A stretch of DNA of 64,000 nucleotides from the human T2T-CHM13v2.0 reference genome, Homo sapiens (GCF_009914755.1 NC_060938.1); one strand, 5' to 3'; shown: positions 26,682-41,540, counted from the stretch's first letter. The notes: generated by a model not told the origin, from the sequence alone. Made by a program: numbers and translations.

Positions 26682-29600
26682 TTGTTGTTTATTTTTAAGG
26701 AAAAGGAGCATTGTCTGTGTCTATTATGACATAAAATAGCATTTCATAAGTCTTAGGGCATTTAAGACATGCAAAGTTCTAGAAAAATGAAAGCAATAGA
26801 GTGGATCAAAATTATTTTTCCAGATCAAGTTAATAAGTTTGGTGCATTAAAAGTCTTAAGTTATTACATTTAACAATTTAGACATAAAACATTTAACTAA
26901 ATACATTTAGAAACATTTTTTGAATGAATTTTTGAGTGGAGTGGCTTACAAAATGTCCTCAAGAATCTCCAATTCCTAAAAGCTGCTTATTGTATTTTAA
27001 ATGGAATATTACAAAATTTATGACTTTTTTTATCAAACGTTTTCAATTCTGTTAACTATTTTTTCAGCATTTAGTATGGCCTGGGTATGATACTCTTTAT
27101 TGTGAATACAGAGATAACAGACTAAAGACCTCCCATATGTTAGTATCTATATGGTATTTAAATGTGTGGACCCATATATTTACATAAGAATTAATATTGT
27201 TATGTCATTTAGGATCACAACTCTTTGGAAACAGTACAAATCAACCCAATGACCACTGAACAAGAAAGATGAAAAAACGTTTATACAATGGTGCTACTTA
27301 AAATGAGTAAGGTTTAATAAAATCCTCAAATCATAATTCTAATTATGGAAACACAAGATTCTACATTTTCATTTTGAATCCACTCTTAGTATTTTACCAC
27401 ATCAACTCAAACTACTTTTCCTGAGCTCTATACTCCATGTACCCTTGTGTTATTTAAAGACATATGTATCTTAAGTTCCTTTGATATTAGGCATTATTTC
27501 TTATTAAATTTTGGATCTCCTACAGTGCTTAGTTTGTTGTTGCAAATACGAAAGACAGATTATATATATTTGCTATATAAATATATTGTAACTGTAGCTG
27601 TATACAGAATGAACCAAGGAATGGCAAATTTGGAGTCAGCTATAAGAATGTGCAAGTCTTTCTATGATTACATTAGGGTAATAGCTAACAAAGAAAAGCT
27701 GAAATAAGATACAGAAAGTATCAATAGAACCTGCATTTTCATATTTAATAAACTCATATTTATGTAACACTTATTTGTTAGAATTCTGTGCTTCTTAGTC
27801 TTTTAGGTGATCTAGAGGAGAGAGTAAGTGACTTTTGAATATCTAACATGAGTTCATATCAAGTCAATGTCATGCACCTCATAGAAAATTTGGTTCCTAG
27901 ACTAAAAGAGCATATTTTTATGGGAATAAATAAATATGGTAACAGGAAACTTTAATATAAGACATAACATATGCACAATAGTAAGCTTAATGGATACACT
28001 GTGAGAAATAAAGAGAAATACGTGATTATAAATTATTACATGTTTCTGAGTTTGGTGTCTCAGAATATAGTGATTAATACCAAGACTAATGGAAAAAGTG
28101 AGTAGTATAAAGCGTTATTTCCATTTAACCATGCATAATTTTAAGTTTTATAATGATAGCAATAGAAAATTAGAGCTTTGAGACTGGGGAAATGTATGTA
28201 GCTCTGAATATAAATTAAACTAAATTTAAACCTTTATTCTTGGGTGCTTAACCACTGTTTTCTTGCTCTTCTATGGGAAACAAACTTAATTTCTATCCTG
28301 AATGTACTGAAGAGTAATCACACACAGTCTTATCTAGTATCTTCTCTATAATTAATTTATTCAAACACTTTTATAGATTATGCTTTCAAAATTGCTTAAC
28401 ACTCTCTTCTCTATGATGACTGCCCTAACTGAGCTAAAGGGGCAAGTCAAGTGAATTAACTGATATTGCCTTAGCAATTGTGAATAGCTAAAATCAGCTG
28501 TATACATTTCTTTACTTTTTATTATTTGTGGATTTTTTTCATCGTATGCTTTTTATTTATTTCTTTTATTAGTCTTGATTTGCTTTTTACTTTCTTTAAA
28601 ATCAGTAAAAAATAAATTAATGTGAAATGTAGATAAATTTAAGTTCATTTTTAGAACCTCAATAATAGTTTTTTTTTTCCAATAATTTCTTGTTGGCACC
28701 CTTATAGTGTTCTGCTGTTTTTTCTATTGACTCACTGGCAAATGCTGGAATAAATAGTACTCAAAAACTAGAATACTATTTTTGTTTATTTTTATCTTTA
28801 AAATATAATTTCCAAAGGTACAGAAAATAAAAATTGTAATAATTATTATTTAGAGGCAAATAAGTACCATTTGTATCCCTGGGCTTGTGATTCAAAAATC
28901 ACTTTTCTTGTTTACGTAGTCAGTGAACACTCTAATCCTTCTTTGGGCAGATTCTGTGAAACAATGAAACTTGATCACCCTAAATTCCAGTTCTATGGTC
29001 CAATGGTTCTATTTCCTTCTCCACTCTCCTTTATTTAAGAATGAATAGTACAGTGTAGGCAAACCCTTTTATCAAGAGTGTTTTCAATGGATTTTTAATG
29101 ACATCAAATGTTCTCTAAAACAACATTTCTCAAACTTTACTGGACATCAGGATTATCTCAGAAATGAGTCAGTTCGTGGCCTTTACCACTCCCTCAGCAA
29201 ATTGTGTGTCAATCTTGAGTATCTCAACAGTTTACATCCTCTACCTCATCACATACATGATTCTAATGTAGGTGTCCAGAGAATAAAGTTCTGGGAAAGA
29301 CTGGCCTGCTAAGGTGTCAAAATATCTGGAAAGTTGGAAATTCAGTTAAAAGAATTTGGTCTTCATCATGAGTGATTTTTAAATTATCTTTCTTATTTGG
29401 ATTGACTAATGGTATATAAACGCAGGGAAGAAATAAATATTTCATGAAAATTGATTATTTGTTTCTGACAAAGTCAGCTAAAAGTTTCTTCACTATATTA
29501 CCTAAGAAGTTAAATATTTCCCTTAAAAATGTTTTCATTATTTAAAATGAAATGTTTATTTTCAAATAAATGAGAAATTATTTTTATTAAATTTCACTGT

Positions 29601-32360
29601 TCTTAGTGATACCATTTCATCTTATATTAATTTACAGTTTGGAGGCCTTTTCTACACTACAAAATTTTTCTTCTGAAAAGACACTGTTAAACTTTGCAAT
29701 GAATGCATTTATTTTCTTATCATTTTTACTTACATTATCACTCATGCTAAATTGATGTAACTTGTCAGAATAAGTAGTTGCTCTGTTTAATTATATAATT
29801 TTAATATTCGTGTAAATTAAACTCTAATGACAAAAATTAATTTTATCTATAAAGATATTTATTATAGTGCCTCTAACACTATTTTGAATGTTAGCTTACA
29901 AGAGGGACACATGGAAGTAGCAATAAAGTTTTCTAAATGAAAAAATAACAAGTAAGTCACTATAATTGTGTTTCTTACCATTTCAAATTTCCTGAGATCT
30001 CAGTGTGGCCAGAATTGTGATTAATATAAGACTTGATGCAAAGAAAAAGAGCAAATCTTCATTAGAAATTCAGGAATCGTTTAATTATAATTGTTTTCTT
30101 TAGTTCATTGAAATGGTCAAATTATTCTAATATTTTTCTTTTGAATCAATAAAGATACATAATGTCTTTATAGCAATACTAATTTTATTATGTAACATTT
30201 TAGTGCTCTATATTTTTGTAAAATATACATCCACAAGTTGCATTCCAGAAGCAACTAGATGCTTGATCAATCAACATTTTAATGCATCTAGTGTATTAAA
30301 TTTGTGTATTTAATTCACAACAATGGTAATCTTTCCAGGGCAGTTTCTTTCTAGGGATCCTTTGAAGTTAGCAGCAAGATGAAATATTAGATAATTAATC
30401 AATATCCAATTACTTAATGTACGTAAATATGACAGACTTCTTATCTTTGCCCAGAGTACTAGGATTTAAATTCTGATAAATATCTATTTTGTGCCATCAC
30501 TAGTATTTTTGTTGTCTTTCATCTTTTCCACTCTTATTCTATTTCTTTACATGGTGCGGTCTTCATGTAATATTCTACAGTTTTACTTTTTGCCACCCTT
30601 AATGCCTATAAAATCATTTTTAAATTATACTATTTACTCTATTCTTGAATTATGTTTATATATTCAGCTACATTTTCAAATTTTAATCTCAAGATATTTA
30701 ACCTTAATCTAATTACATATTACTTAATTCTCTGTTTCTTAGTTGTCTATATGATTCTCTTTTGGTGTTGACTCTTTTGTAACTCTGTTAGTGTTTTGGT
30801 CCTCATAATTAATTGTTTTACTATTGTTAATACTTATTCTAATTTAACAATAATCCAAAAAATAAGCATAGTAGATAGATGAAGTATATGAAATATAGTA
30901 CATTAAATAATAACAGTTACAACAATATTTAAAGGTCATCTACAAAAAATAAATGAAAATCAAATTTTGGCTGTCAAAATTAAACAAATTGAACTATAAT
31001 AAAGGCCTTAGGCAGAGAGGACTGGCAGGAAATTGGAGCTAGGGAGTTAAGTATATAAATTCTGGGACCAGAGAGGTAGATGTGGGAAGAGATGCTATCT
31101 TAAATAAGATTTCGAAGACTGAAGCTATAGAAAAGATTTACCAATTTAAAGTTGAATCTAAGGGCAAGTAGAGAGTAGAAAACTTGTCAGAATTTCGTAA
31201 ATGGAAAAATTGGTGAATAAGAAAAAGAACAAGATAAGATAATGAGATGCATTTTTAGATCTAAGTCAGCTTTCAGTAAATGACACATGACACTAATGTT
31301 TTGATAAGAGATGGTCAATTTTTAATAGTCAGGAGACTAAGCACAGTATGAAAGAGAGTAAAGAATGGTGATTAATTTCCAAAGGGCGATAGCATAATGG
31401 TACAGGATTCTTTGAGGTGGAAGCAATAAAAGGAGGGCATTATAAAGTTAAAATAGAGATGAATTTCACATGCATCTCTGGGTCTTCAGGTGATTCTGGT
31501 GCTCAGTCAGATGGCAATGGATATTTTATATTTTTAAATTTTATTAAATCTTACATTTTCTTTTCTGCACTTGGCCAAAGTGTGGTGCCTTAGAATGAAG
31601 AAGATTAAAGTTAGGCTGAAGTTAAAATTCTGAGTTAAAAATCCTGAGTGTAATATCATTGGACTATTTCAAAGCTAATTATTTTGGCTATTGGTTAACT
31701 GACTTATTTCCACAGAGTCAAAAAAAAGGGAGTTGTTAACGTTGTCGAGAATATAATTCAGGACTTCTGACTCTCCAGTGTAACCACTACACCATATTTT
31801 GATGACCTTTGCCTGACACCGCATGAAATAATTTATAAAGCTTTAAAAACTATGGTGTAGTATTTTGGGTTTCAATCTAAGACTCAAGTAAATGAGAGCA
31901 GTAGCTATTTTATGGAGCAAATACAAATTGATTTTAGTTGTAAGTGTGGTCCAATTCACTTAGCTTGAATTATTTAAGCATCACCTATAAATGTATTCAG
32001 TAGTAAATTACAGCTGAAAGCTTCATCTTCAAAAATAGAATGTTTCACTTTATAAGACTTAGAAATTCTAGATTCATTGTGAGGAGTTGACACAGCACTA
32101 TCTTTCCTAGCTCAGATGGAAAGCTTTATTCAGCATTAGATAGCTGACGATGTGGGTTAGAAGACAGATTTAAATTTCTATAATTTCTAACATTATAATT
32201 CTATAATATTGTGTTTGTTTCACTTGTAAATAATGCATTTATCTAATTCCTATTATGATGTGTTGAGACTTATTCTCACTGATACTCATGGCCCTGATTA
32301 GAAATTAAGTAGACAAGTTTAATTTAGAGGCTCTCTCCTCCTTGGAAAATCCCCCAAATC

Positions 32361-32375
32361 CCACTAGATGGCACC
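32361..32375 (+). promoter_or_regulatory. Candidate CTCF core motif CCACTAGATGGCACC
   Basis: Matches the CCAC(C/T)AG(A/G)(G/T)GGC(A/G)(C/G) consensus, in a small GC-richer island. Confidence 0.65.
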
Positions 32376-33829
32376 TCACTAACGATCTTGCCACTGCTCT
32401 CTGGCAGATTAAACATTTCTCTATGGGAGGGAACCCAAGGTTACAATCTGTTGAAAGCACAGACAGGAGGCTGTGTTTTTCACAGAACATTACATAAGAT
32501 TAAGACTATTTTAATTGTCTCAAAAAACAAAGATGGAACTAATACAGATCAAGCCATATTCTGTTGCCACTGTGATCTCCGTGAAGACTAAGCTCACTTA
32601 GGAGGTACATGATGAATGTCTTCAGTTTTCCTAAACAAATAATTATGAAGTTTGCTTTTGAGATATGAAAGTGCCCGGCAAACTCAGTAAAAGTTTTACT
32701 CAAATTTACTTGGCCTTATAAAGACTTTTTAATTACATCTAACATCACTTGTACATAGATTAGATCCCAGTGGTAGATTTAATTGAACTTAACCTTCTCA
32801 TTGGTCACCAAATATTAAGCAATCAGTTCAGGCAAAGAGCTGTTATGTTAATTTAGAAGTATTAATCTGCTTATAATTAGCCCAAGACTGAAGGGATGGG
32901 GAAAGTAGACATCCATGTACAAGACCTTTTGTGGATCTCTTAGAGAATGGCTTTCAGATTGAATGAACTTCAAATTGAAGTCCAAATGCAAAATCTCACT
33001 ACCATAAAAGTGTCTGAAATGGTTTAAGAATTCAAAGTTACTAACTTAAAAGTCAAGAGGAAAGAAAAAGCCTCATGGTCAATTACTTACTTTACTTTTA
33101 AATAAAGCATACATATTTTCTCATATAGAGAACTTGTGACAACTACATGGTCAAAACAGGGCATATAATTTACTAAACACATGATTAAAAACTGATATAA
33201 ATGTGTGCATAACACAAAGTTGATAATAAATATTTGTTGGATAAATAAAAATATGAGGGGAATATTTCAAACATTGAAAAAATCATAACGAGATAATATT
33301 ATTTGTTTGTAGATTTTTAAAATAATCACAATAGCTTTTCTCCTTAAATACTTAACTTACATTAATCAGGCATGTGCCTAAAGACCAACTGAAAAAAATC
33401 AACTACGATAATGCTCTTAATTTACTTATATGACATAATACCAGACAATTTCATTTTAAGTAACTTTACTAGGCTCTTGATTAAATTAAATAATTAATCT
33501 ATCCAATGAAAATCTTCATCATTATACTTATAAATACAATTCTACACACTTGGTAATAATTTTACTTAATTATCTCTAAATACAGGTGCAAATCTAAGAA
33601 AGTACCAAACATGTACCTTAAGCCCTGGCAGCCTTTTTTCTTACAGGTAGCTTGTTATATTAATGCTATAGAATAACTCTGAAAAATATGTAAGAAATCT
33701 ATAACACAGCAAACAGGTAACATCATCCAAAGATGAGCATGATATTATTAAAATAAAACAGTACTATGCTTTCTGCTACTAGTTCTACTACAACTAATAG
33801 AGGAAATTGTACCACTAATAATAAATTTA

Positions 33830-34050
33830 TTTAAAATTTAATACTCGCTATATGGAAGGCACAATTTCTGTCACTTTAAGTTCATTAATGAATCACACTC
33901 TTATAAAAACCCTATAAGTTAGATATAAATGTTATCATATTTTAAAAAGGTGAATGAAAGTTTTAACAGCCTAAATAACTGTCCCAGGATGCCCAGCTCA
34001 CAAGTCTCAGAAGCACAATTCAAACTCCAAATCTTTCACTATACCCTGTC
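33830..34050 (-). mobile_element. MIR SINE remnant
   Basis: Decayed antisense MIR core (...AAATAACTGTCCCAGGATGCCCAGCT...ATTCAAACTCCA). Confidence 0.55.
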
Positions 34051-35409
34051 ACTCTCAATCCATATCCCCTGTTACTAAAATTAATATACTATCTCCAAGA
34101 CAAAATAGTATTAGAACAATGACACTACGCTATTTGACTAGTAAATGTAATGTGTGAAGAATCTAATTTTTAAAAAACAATTTGTCACAATAAGCAGTCA
34201 TTTTATTTCAAAATTAGTTTTAATATAACTTCATGTAGTTATGAAAAATGCATTGGGGACTTACTAGGTGTTTTTTATGTAGACTTCTATTTAATTTACC
34301 AACATTGGAGTTAGGTTTGATTATTGTTATTTTATAGATGACAAAACGGGAGCTCAGCTCAATTAAGAAAGAGCCCAGGTCACTCTGTGAGCATTAATGT
34401 CATAAACAAAACTTGGGTGTTTGAGTCCCAAACACACACAAATCATCATATATATGTATATAGACACGTATGTCTGGGTGGGTGAGTATACATGTATATA
34501 CATATACCAGAAGTGGCTAGTGATAGGCATTAGGAGCAATTAGGAGCAGTTCAAATCACTGTCCACAACCTGTACCTGTTTAACCTGTTTGGCCTTCTGG
34601 AATCAAGTGTGTCTGCGCTATAAGCAATGGCACTTCAGGGAACAATTGGAGATCCCAAGGAGGTGATGTACAGGTGCGGCTAATTTATGGGATGCTCTTT
34701 TCTATTCTCTCATTTTTCAGCAAGATGTCCCTGTTACACATAAGGGAAGGCTTCCTGACCTTCCAAACTTGCTGTTACAAATTCTATTATGAACAAGACA
34801 CTTACTGAAATCAAGATTGTCATGAACAGTGACTTCTGAGTTGAACATCTGACATGTGCTGCCCATCTACAGTGTGCTGAAGGTGCAGCTGGTGGGGAAA
34901 AAGCCCAGTGCCCTTTAAGCCAAACTGGGCTAAGTGACCCTTTTCATTCTTGATTGCAGTCTGCATTCCTATATCTGCTCTGTGCCCTTTGCTCTGCTTG
35001 GCCTGGCTGAAGGAAGCACCTCTACTCCACCACCATCTGGGCCTTTCCTAAACCTTGTCACCTGAGAGCCATTCTCAACCTGCAGAACTTCCAGGACAAC
35101 ACTTTAACTTGATTACTTCCCCAACCTATGCCCTCCAGCCTCCAGAAAGAAGCCTTCAGGAGTCCCTACAGCACCCACGCAGGCCCTCTCCAGTTTTCCC
35201 CCTCCCTTCCTGATGCTGTGAAAACCACAGAATAAATGTTTATCACTTTCAAAAATATTATATATATATATAATATAAATGAATTTTTCTTTTTACTGCA
35301 CATAATATAGTACCCTGTTCACCTCTCAGATAAATAAATCATAATTATCATTTTCTGCTTTTAAATACCCTGAAAATATAAAAAGTTACATAAAATCAAT
35401 TTTTTGAAA

Positions 35410-36660
35410 CATAAGTGCCTTATAATTAATCAAACTGTATTCCTGTCTATTATATTAAGGTTTTTTTTTTCTTTTTCTGTGTGGTATAAATGCAACTATG
35501 AGAAATTCTTACAACTCTTTCTAGTCATAGAAGGATATTACTATTTTGAAAGCTTTAGTGCATATCAACAATATGACATTGAGAAATGTTGGATTAAGTT
35601 GTCTCACCACCAGCATTGCTTGGAAGTGCCTATCTCTCTCAACACTGTCACTAACATGGGGAATTATCATTAAAGAAAAGAAAGTCTCATCAACTTCTAG
35701 TCTTGAAAATATGTCATAATTATATAGGTAAATCCTTGAGTGCTACAGTTTAGTCATTTTTTACATGTTTGTTGGTTCCTATACATAGTACCATATTTTT
35801 ATAAAGACATCAATTATTATCCATTAAGGACTGTTAAACATATCAGTAACTCATCCTTATATATACTGACATCTTTTCCAAGCTTCTCATTTATCAAGTT
35901 TCATATAATATTTGCAAATATTGGAGTTTTAATTTATATGTAGTTAAATACATACTTTATTTTCTGGGTGATTCTTTTCTGTTTTTTTTTTTTTTTGTAG
36001 TTGTTTTTATGCTTAGAAAGTTCTTCACTATTTTGATAATAAATATTAGCTAATGTTTCCTTTAAATTGTTATACTATTTGGAATTTATTTGTTGTTTTA
36101 AATTTCTACTACGTCTGAAGTATATCTTTGTTATATGATATGTGCTAGAATAGATTTTTAATATTTAAAGTTTTTAAAATTTTTATTTGCACTAATTGTT
36201 GAATAATGCCTATATTCTTTATAGATTTTCTTTATCATCCTTTAGAAAGTACATTCTGTATACACACGGGCATACAAACACACACAGTGTTCCAACACAA
36301 TCTATCATATCAACTTGACTGATACTACATCAATTTTTCTATTAATAAGCCACATTATTTAACTATACAATATATGTACTAAAGTACATTCTTGTAGAAC
36401 TCTTGTTTTCCACTTGTATTTGTTAAAATTATCTCATATTGTTCTTCATGAACTAATAAAAGATTTGAGGGAGAAAGAGGATCTATACATTTAAATCTTA
36501 CTATCCAAGAATATGATGTGATTTGTTCAAGTCTTCTCTTTTGTCTCTGAGTTAAGATTTATAATTTTTGTCTTATAAATCTGTGTATTTCTTATTAAAT
36601 TTAAGGGAAACTCTTAAAAATGAAAAGGGTATAATTTTTGCTATTTTTTTCCTGTGTTCT
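35410..36660 (-). mobile_element. Very old L1 (L1ME-like) remnant
   Basis: T-rich decayed antisense L1 ORF2/3' patterns; boundaries approximate. Confidence 0.4.
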
Positions 36661-36727
36661 CTCTAACTTAATGATCACTCAACTTGAATTGCAAGGTAAT
36701 TTCTACAAGGGTCTCTCTCAGTTGCAG

Positions 36728-36960
36728 AGCAGTGAATGGTGGTTAAGGTCCTGTCTCTGGAGCCCAACATGTCTGAATTTGCAAACCCATCTTACCACTT
36801 ATCTGTGTGCCCTTAGCAAGATAGTTAAGCTTTCTTTACCTCTGTTTCCTCATTTATCAAATAGAGTTATTAACAAAAAAAAATTCTGAGGTGTCTTGAG
36901 AAATAGAAGTAAGTTAATAACAATAGAAGTGCCAAACCATTATTAAGTGCTCAATTATAA
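36728..36960 (+). mobile_element. MIR SINE
   Basis: GTGGTTAAG...CTCTGGAGCC...ACCACTTATCTGTGTGCCCTTAGCAAG...CCTCTGTTTCCTCATTTATCAAAT core. Confidence 0.8.
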
Positions 36961-38688
36961 TCCCTAATCTTTTTAAGTGCTCAAATATAGGATGTTAACT
37001 ATTATTAATAGCATTATATCGTACTACTAAAATAAAGTGAGAATATTCAATTAATTGGAAAGTCAATATACTGAAGAAATGGAGCAGTGATACAACCAAT
37101 GTGTTTGGGTTTAGTCAAATTAATTAACTGAATTATGTAGCCATCAGAGACCGTGAGACATCCAGAATTTTAATATTCCTGTCAAAACAAGTCAAAGTAT
37201 CATTTGATTCTGGTGAAACGATCTATGACAGCCAAAGGAGCATAATCTATAATAACAATTATTTTAGCAAAGTTAAAAAGTTTATTCATTATGATTATAA
37301 TGATTTTTGCATTACTCATATATATTTCTGTTCTATAAGTTAAATGTAAATCATATGCCTTTTTAGTAATACATCAAATTAGTAGAACATATGTTTTAAT
37401 GTATCTTCATAAATTTTATTTTATTAAAAAGATAGTATTTTGAGTAATGACATAAACAGCTTTAAAGTGAAATGATCTCGGATTTATTTATTACTTATAA
37501 AAGATTTTAATCAATAAATATGTATTCTTGATCCTGGAAAAAATAGAGGACTAAGAAAATCTACACGCCCTTCAGCTAAAAGACCTAGGCTTCCTTAAAT
37601 ATAACAATTAATATAATTATTCACACTAATAACAACAATAATTAGAAAATGTAAAGTTGGCAGAAATAAAAAAATAAAAATAAAATGTTAAACACAGGAG
37701 CCACTGTTGAGACTGCAACCTCAAACTGCTTTGGAAGAGGTGGTGGAATAAATATGAGACGATGTTCTGTAAAAACTTGGTGCTCACAGACATACAATCA
37801 CAGGTTAAAAGACTTTGAGTCTGAACCAAACTCAGAGCAACAAATGAAACTGCATGAACCATAATGCTTGAAAGGCTACATCAGCATGAAAGGAAGAACC
37901 AGAAAATGCCTCCCTGTGCGTTACAGGCAAAAGAAAAAATAACCTTGTTTCTTCCTGGTTTGAGGGATAGTTTATGAAGCGTGGGGTGGAGTTTCCTGAG
38001 AAACTGAAAACTGTGTTTCAGAATCCTTGTGGGTAGAAAATTTTCAAGTGAAGAAAATATTAAAAATGGTACCAGGATGCTATTGTCATGTCAGCTTCTG
38101 GCTAAGGCAAGCACAAAATCTTGGGAAAGACAAAATGGCCTTAAAGAAAAATAAATAAATAAATAAACTCATACTTTTACACATTTAGTAAAACTACAGA
38201 ACAATATTTGCAAAAAGATAACCATAAAAGGAGAAAAAAGCTCACTAAATTTTCAACAAAAGAACATTTATCAGATATATATTTAGGTATCTTAACCTCA
38301 AATGTAGGCCAAACACAATAGAATAATATCATCAAATCCATCAGTAAAAAAAGTCAACCCGATTTCTATATCCCATTCAACTATAATGTGAGAATAAGGG
38401 CAAAAACAGTTTCTTTTTTTCAGGAAAAAATATTCTGTCACTCACTCATGAAAGTGAAATCAAATCCAGTTGAGAGAAAGCTAGAAGAAACATTACACAA
38501 TGTAATTGGTAGGTATATGAGTAAATCTGAACAATCATAAACTATGAAAAATAGTAATGATGATAGTTACCAATTGAGAATATATAGATATAATAACAAG
38601 ATAGGCTTGGGTTAATGAAAATTACAACATTCTATCTTAATATTATTCAGAAAGAGGCTAGTAGAGACAGCGATTAAGAAACTTCCAC

Positions 38689-38860
38689 GTCTGAGTGCAG
38701 TGGCTCACACCTGTAATACCAGGGTTTGGGAGGTTGAGGTGAGAGGATTGCCTGAGCGTAGGCACTCGAGATTACAGTGAGCTCTAACTGTGCCACTATA
38801 CTCCAGCCTGGGCAACAGAGGTAGACCCAGTCTCTAAAAACAAACAAACAAATAAAAAGA
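38689..38860 (+). mobile_element. Alu monomer (FRAM-like or collapsed AluJ)
   Basis: Single ~150-bp arm plus A-rich tail. Degenerate TSD AAGAAACTTCCAC (38676-38688) / AAGAAATTTCTAC (38861-38873). Confidence 0.85.
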
Positions 38861-39229
38861 AAGAAATTTCTACTGTCTAAGTATTTGTGTAAATGTAAAC
38901 CTAATTGCCAAAAATATAAGAGGAAATAATAGAAAATGAAGTGAACATGATAAATAAACTAGCAAGCTGAAAAGGAAAACAATTAATAGGTATATAAAAT
39001 TCAAAGTTGAAACAAAGTTACTAGAAATTATCAATGTATGTATATATGTATGTATAATAGTACATGCTTTTAATAATATATAATTATAATATATATCACT
39101 GCATATTATTTACTATATATGCTTAGAAATAAAGAATGGAGAGGAGAATTAAAATATTGACTATAAAGTTATATATACACACATATTTGCATGTAAATAT
39201 ATTTACATACTAACCAGTGTATATGCATA

Positions 39230-41540
39230 TATATGCTCAAATTGGTAATAAAAAGGAAAATTACTGATATTATTTCTGTGGTTCCACAGGAAAAAAAAGC
39301 CACTTTAAATCTTTATATCTCTAGAAACAAACTACTAAATTTATAAAGCAAACATTTTAACATTAACAAGTAGACAACAAAAGCTTCACAATCACATTGG
39401 AGATTTTAATGTGTAATTTGCACAATAGATAAATAGAATAGACAAAAATAAGCAATGATATGAAACATTGTAATTAACATATTTAGCAAATTTGACTTAA
39501 ATAACATATGAAGAAACACTTTTTAAAGCCATTCATGGAATACTTAGAAATATTGACCATGTATTAAGCAACAGAAGAAATCTCAGCAGGGTCTTAGCAA
39601 ATGAATCTGTAATCACATACAATTATTACAACTCAATAATGAAGATATAAGACTCAGCACCTTACTTTTTGAAATTTAAAAATTACTGCAAAATAATTCA
39701 TTAAAATGAATATGACAAATTAGTCACATGAATACAAAAACACAGTATTGCTGTACCCCTAAAATTCAGTTAAAATAGCATTTAAAAGAAAACTTTTAGC
39801 ATATATTTATATATTAGAAAGGAAGAAAAAATGGATATTAATGTGCACAACTTTAAATCTCATAAAGAACAAGAGAAATTGATAGAAAGCTTTGTAAGGT
39901 GACTATTATATGTAAATTTTGAATTTAATAAAGGTAAAAAGTCAAAGATATTAGTGACAAGAAAACCGTTTTCTTTGTAAATGTAATTGAACCAAAAAAT
40001 ACTCCTCTGGTATGACTGATCAATAAGTATGAGGAACGTTACAAATTTTATATGTATATGAAATTTAAAATGTCACGAATTAATACTATAAATAAATTAT
40101 ATGTTCTTAAAGTAGAAATTTTAATTCAAGGCAACTTTCACAAAATACAATTATCTATACTGACACAAGAAGTATAACAAAAAGAAAATAGACCTGTAAT
40201 TATTTTCACACATGAACCACACGTCAGTTTTTAGGAAAATTCTATCAAATTTTCAGGAAATGAATCATCAATATTATGCAAATTGTTTCAAATGATGGAA
40301 CAAGATGGAATTAACTCACTGATTTTTATAATTTAGCAATAATCTCTCACTGTATACAAAAATCAACTCAAAATGCATTGAAGACTTAAATGTAAGATCT
40401 GAATCTATGAAACTACCAGAAGAAAACATTGGGGAAAACACTACAGGACATTGGTCTGGGCAAAGATTTTTGAGTAAGGCCTCAAAAGCATAGGCAGCAC
40501 AAGCAAAAATGTACAAATGGGATTACATCAAGCTAAAAAGCTTCTACACAGCGAAGGAAATAATCAGCAAAGTGAAGAGACGGCCTACAGAATGAAGAAA
40601 ATATTTGCAAACTATCCATCTGATAAAGGATTAATAAATGAAATATATCAGGAACAAAAATCTTGATAGCAAAAAATCATATAATCCAATTTAAAATGGA
40701 TCAATGATCTGAATAGATATTTCTCAAAAGAACACATAAAATAGCCAACAGCTATCTGAAAAAATACTCAATATCACTAATTATTAGGAAAATGCAAGTC
40801 AAAACCACAATGAGATACCATCAGACCCCAGTTAAAATGGCCATTATTAGAAAGACAATGACTAAGAGATGCTGGTGAAGATGAGCAAAAGGGTAACACT
40901 GAGGTCTGTTATTAGGTACAAAAATACAGGTGGGATAGAAGGAATAAATTCTAGTGTCCAATAGCACAATAGGATGACTATAGTTAACAATAATTTACTG
41001 CGTATTTTAAAAATACCTAAAAGATTTAAAATGTTTTCAACACAGAGACACAATACATGTTTGAGTTGGTGGATATCCTAATTACCCTGATTTGATAATT
41101 ACACATTGCACGCATGTATCAAAATATTTCCATGTACCCAATAAATATGTACAATTATTATGTATCAATATTGAAAATATTAATAACAATATCTGAGAAG
41201 ACTATACCTGAAGAAAATTACAGATCAATTTCAACTGTGAATATTGACATTACAAAAACCTAAACAGATATGTTCTTTAAAGAGAAACCTCACATGCAAA
41301 CACACAGATAGATACCCACTGCTGTTTCATGTAATAAACTTTGTACTAGAAGTTCCAGCCTGTGTACGAAACCAAGAAAAATAAATTAAGAGACAAAAAC
41401 AGCACACTGTCGTTATTAGCGGATGTATTTTTCCACCCAGAACACTCTAAACATGCTATAGAAACATTATTTCAACTAATAATTTTAAGACATTTGCTGC
41501 TTATAAGAGCAATATATGAAAAAAAGTGAATACAGTTAAA
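39230..41540 (+). mobile_element. Old L1M ORF2 remnant hosting a younger L1MA insertion
   Basis: A-rich sense L1 pattern with a GGAGATTTTAAT (GDFN) motif near 39400, resuming after 41180. Confidence 0.55.
40340..41175 (+). mobile_element. L1MA-type 3' fragment with internal deletion near 40900
   Basis: ORF2 C-terminal sequence (ACAAAAATCAACTCAAAATG...CACAATGAGATACCA) and an L1MA 3'UTR ending ...ATAAATATGTACAATTATTATGTATCAA. Confidence 0.8.
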
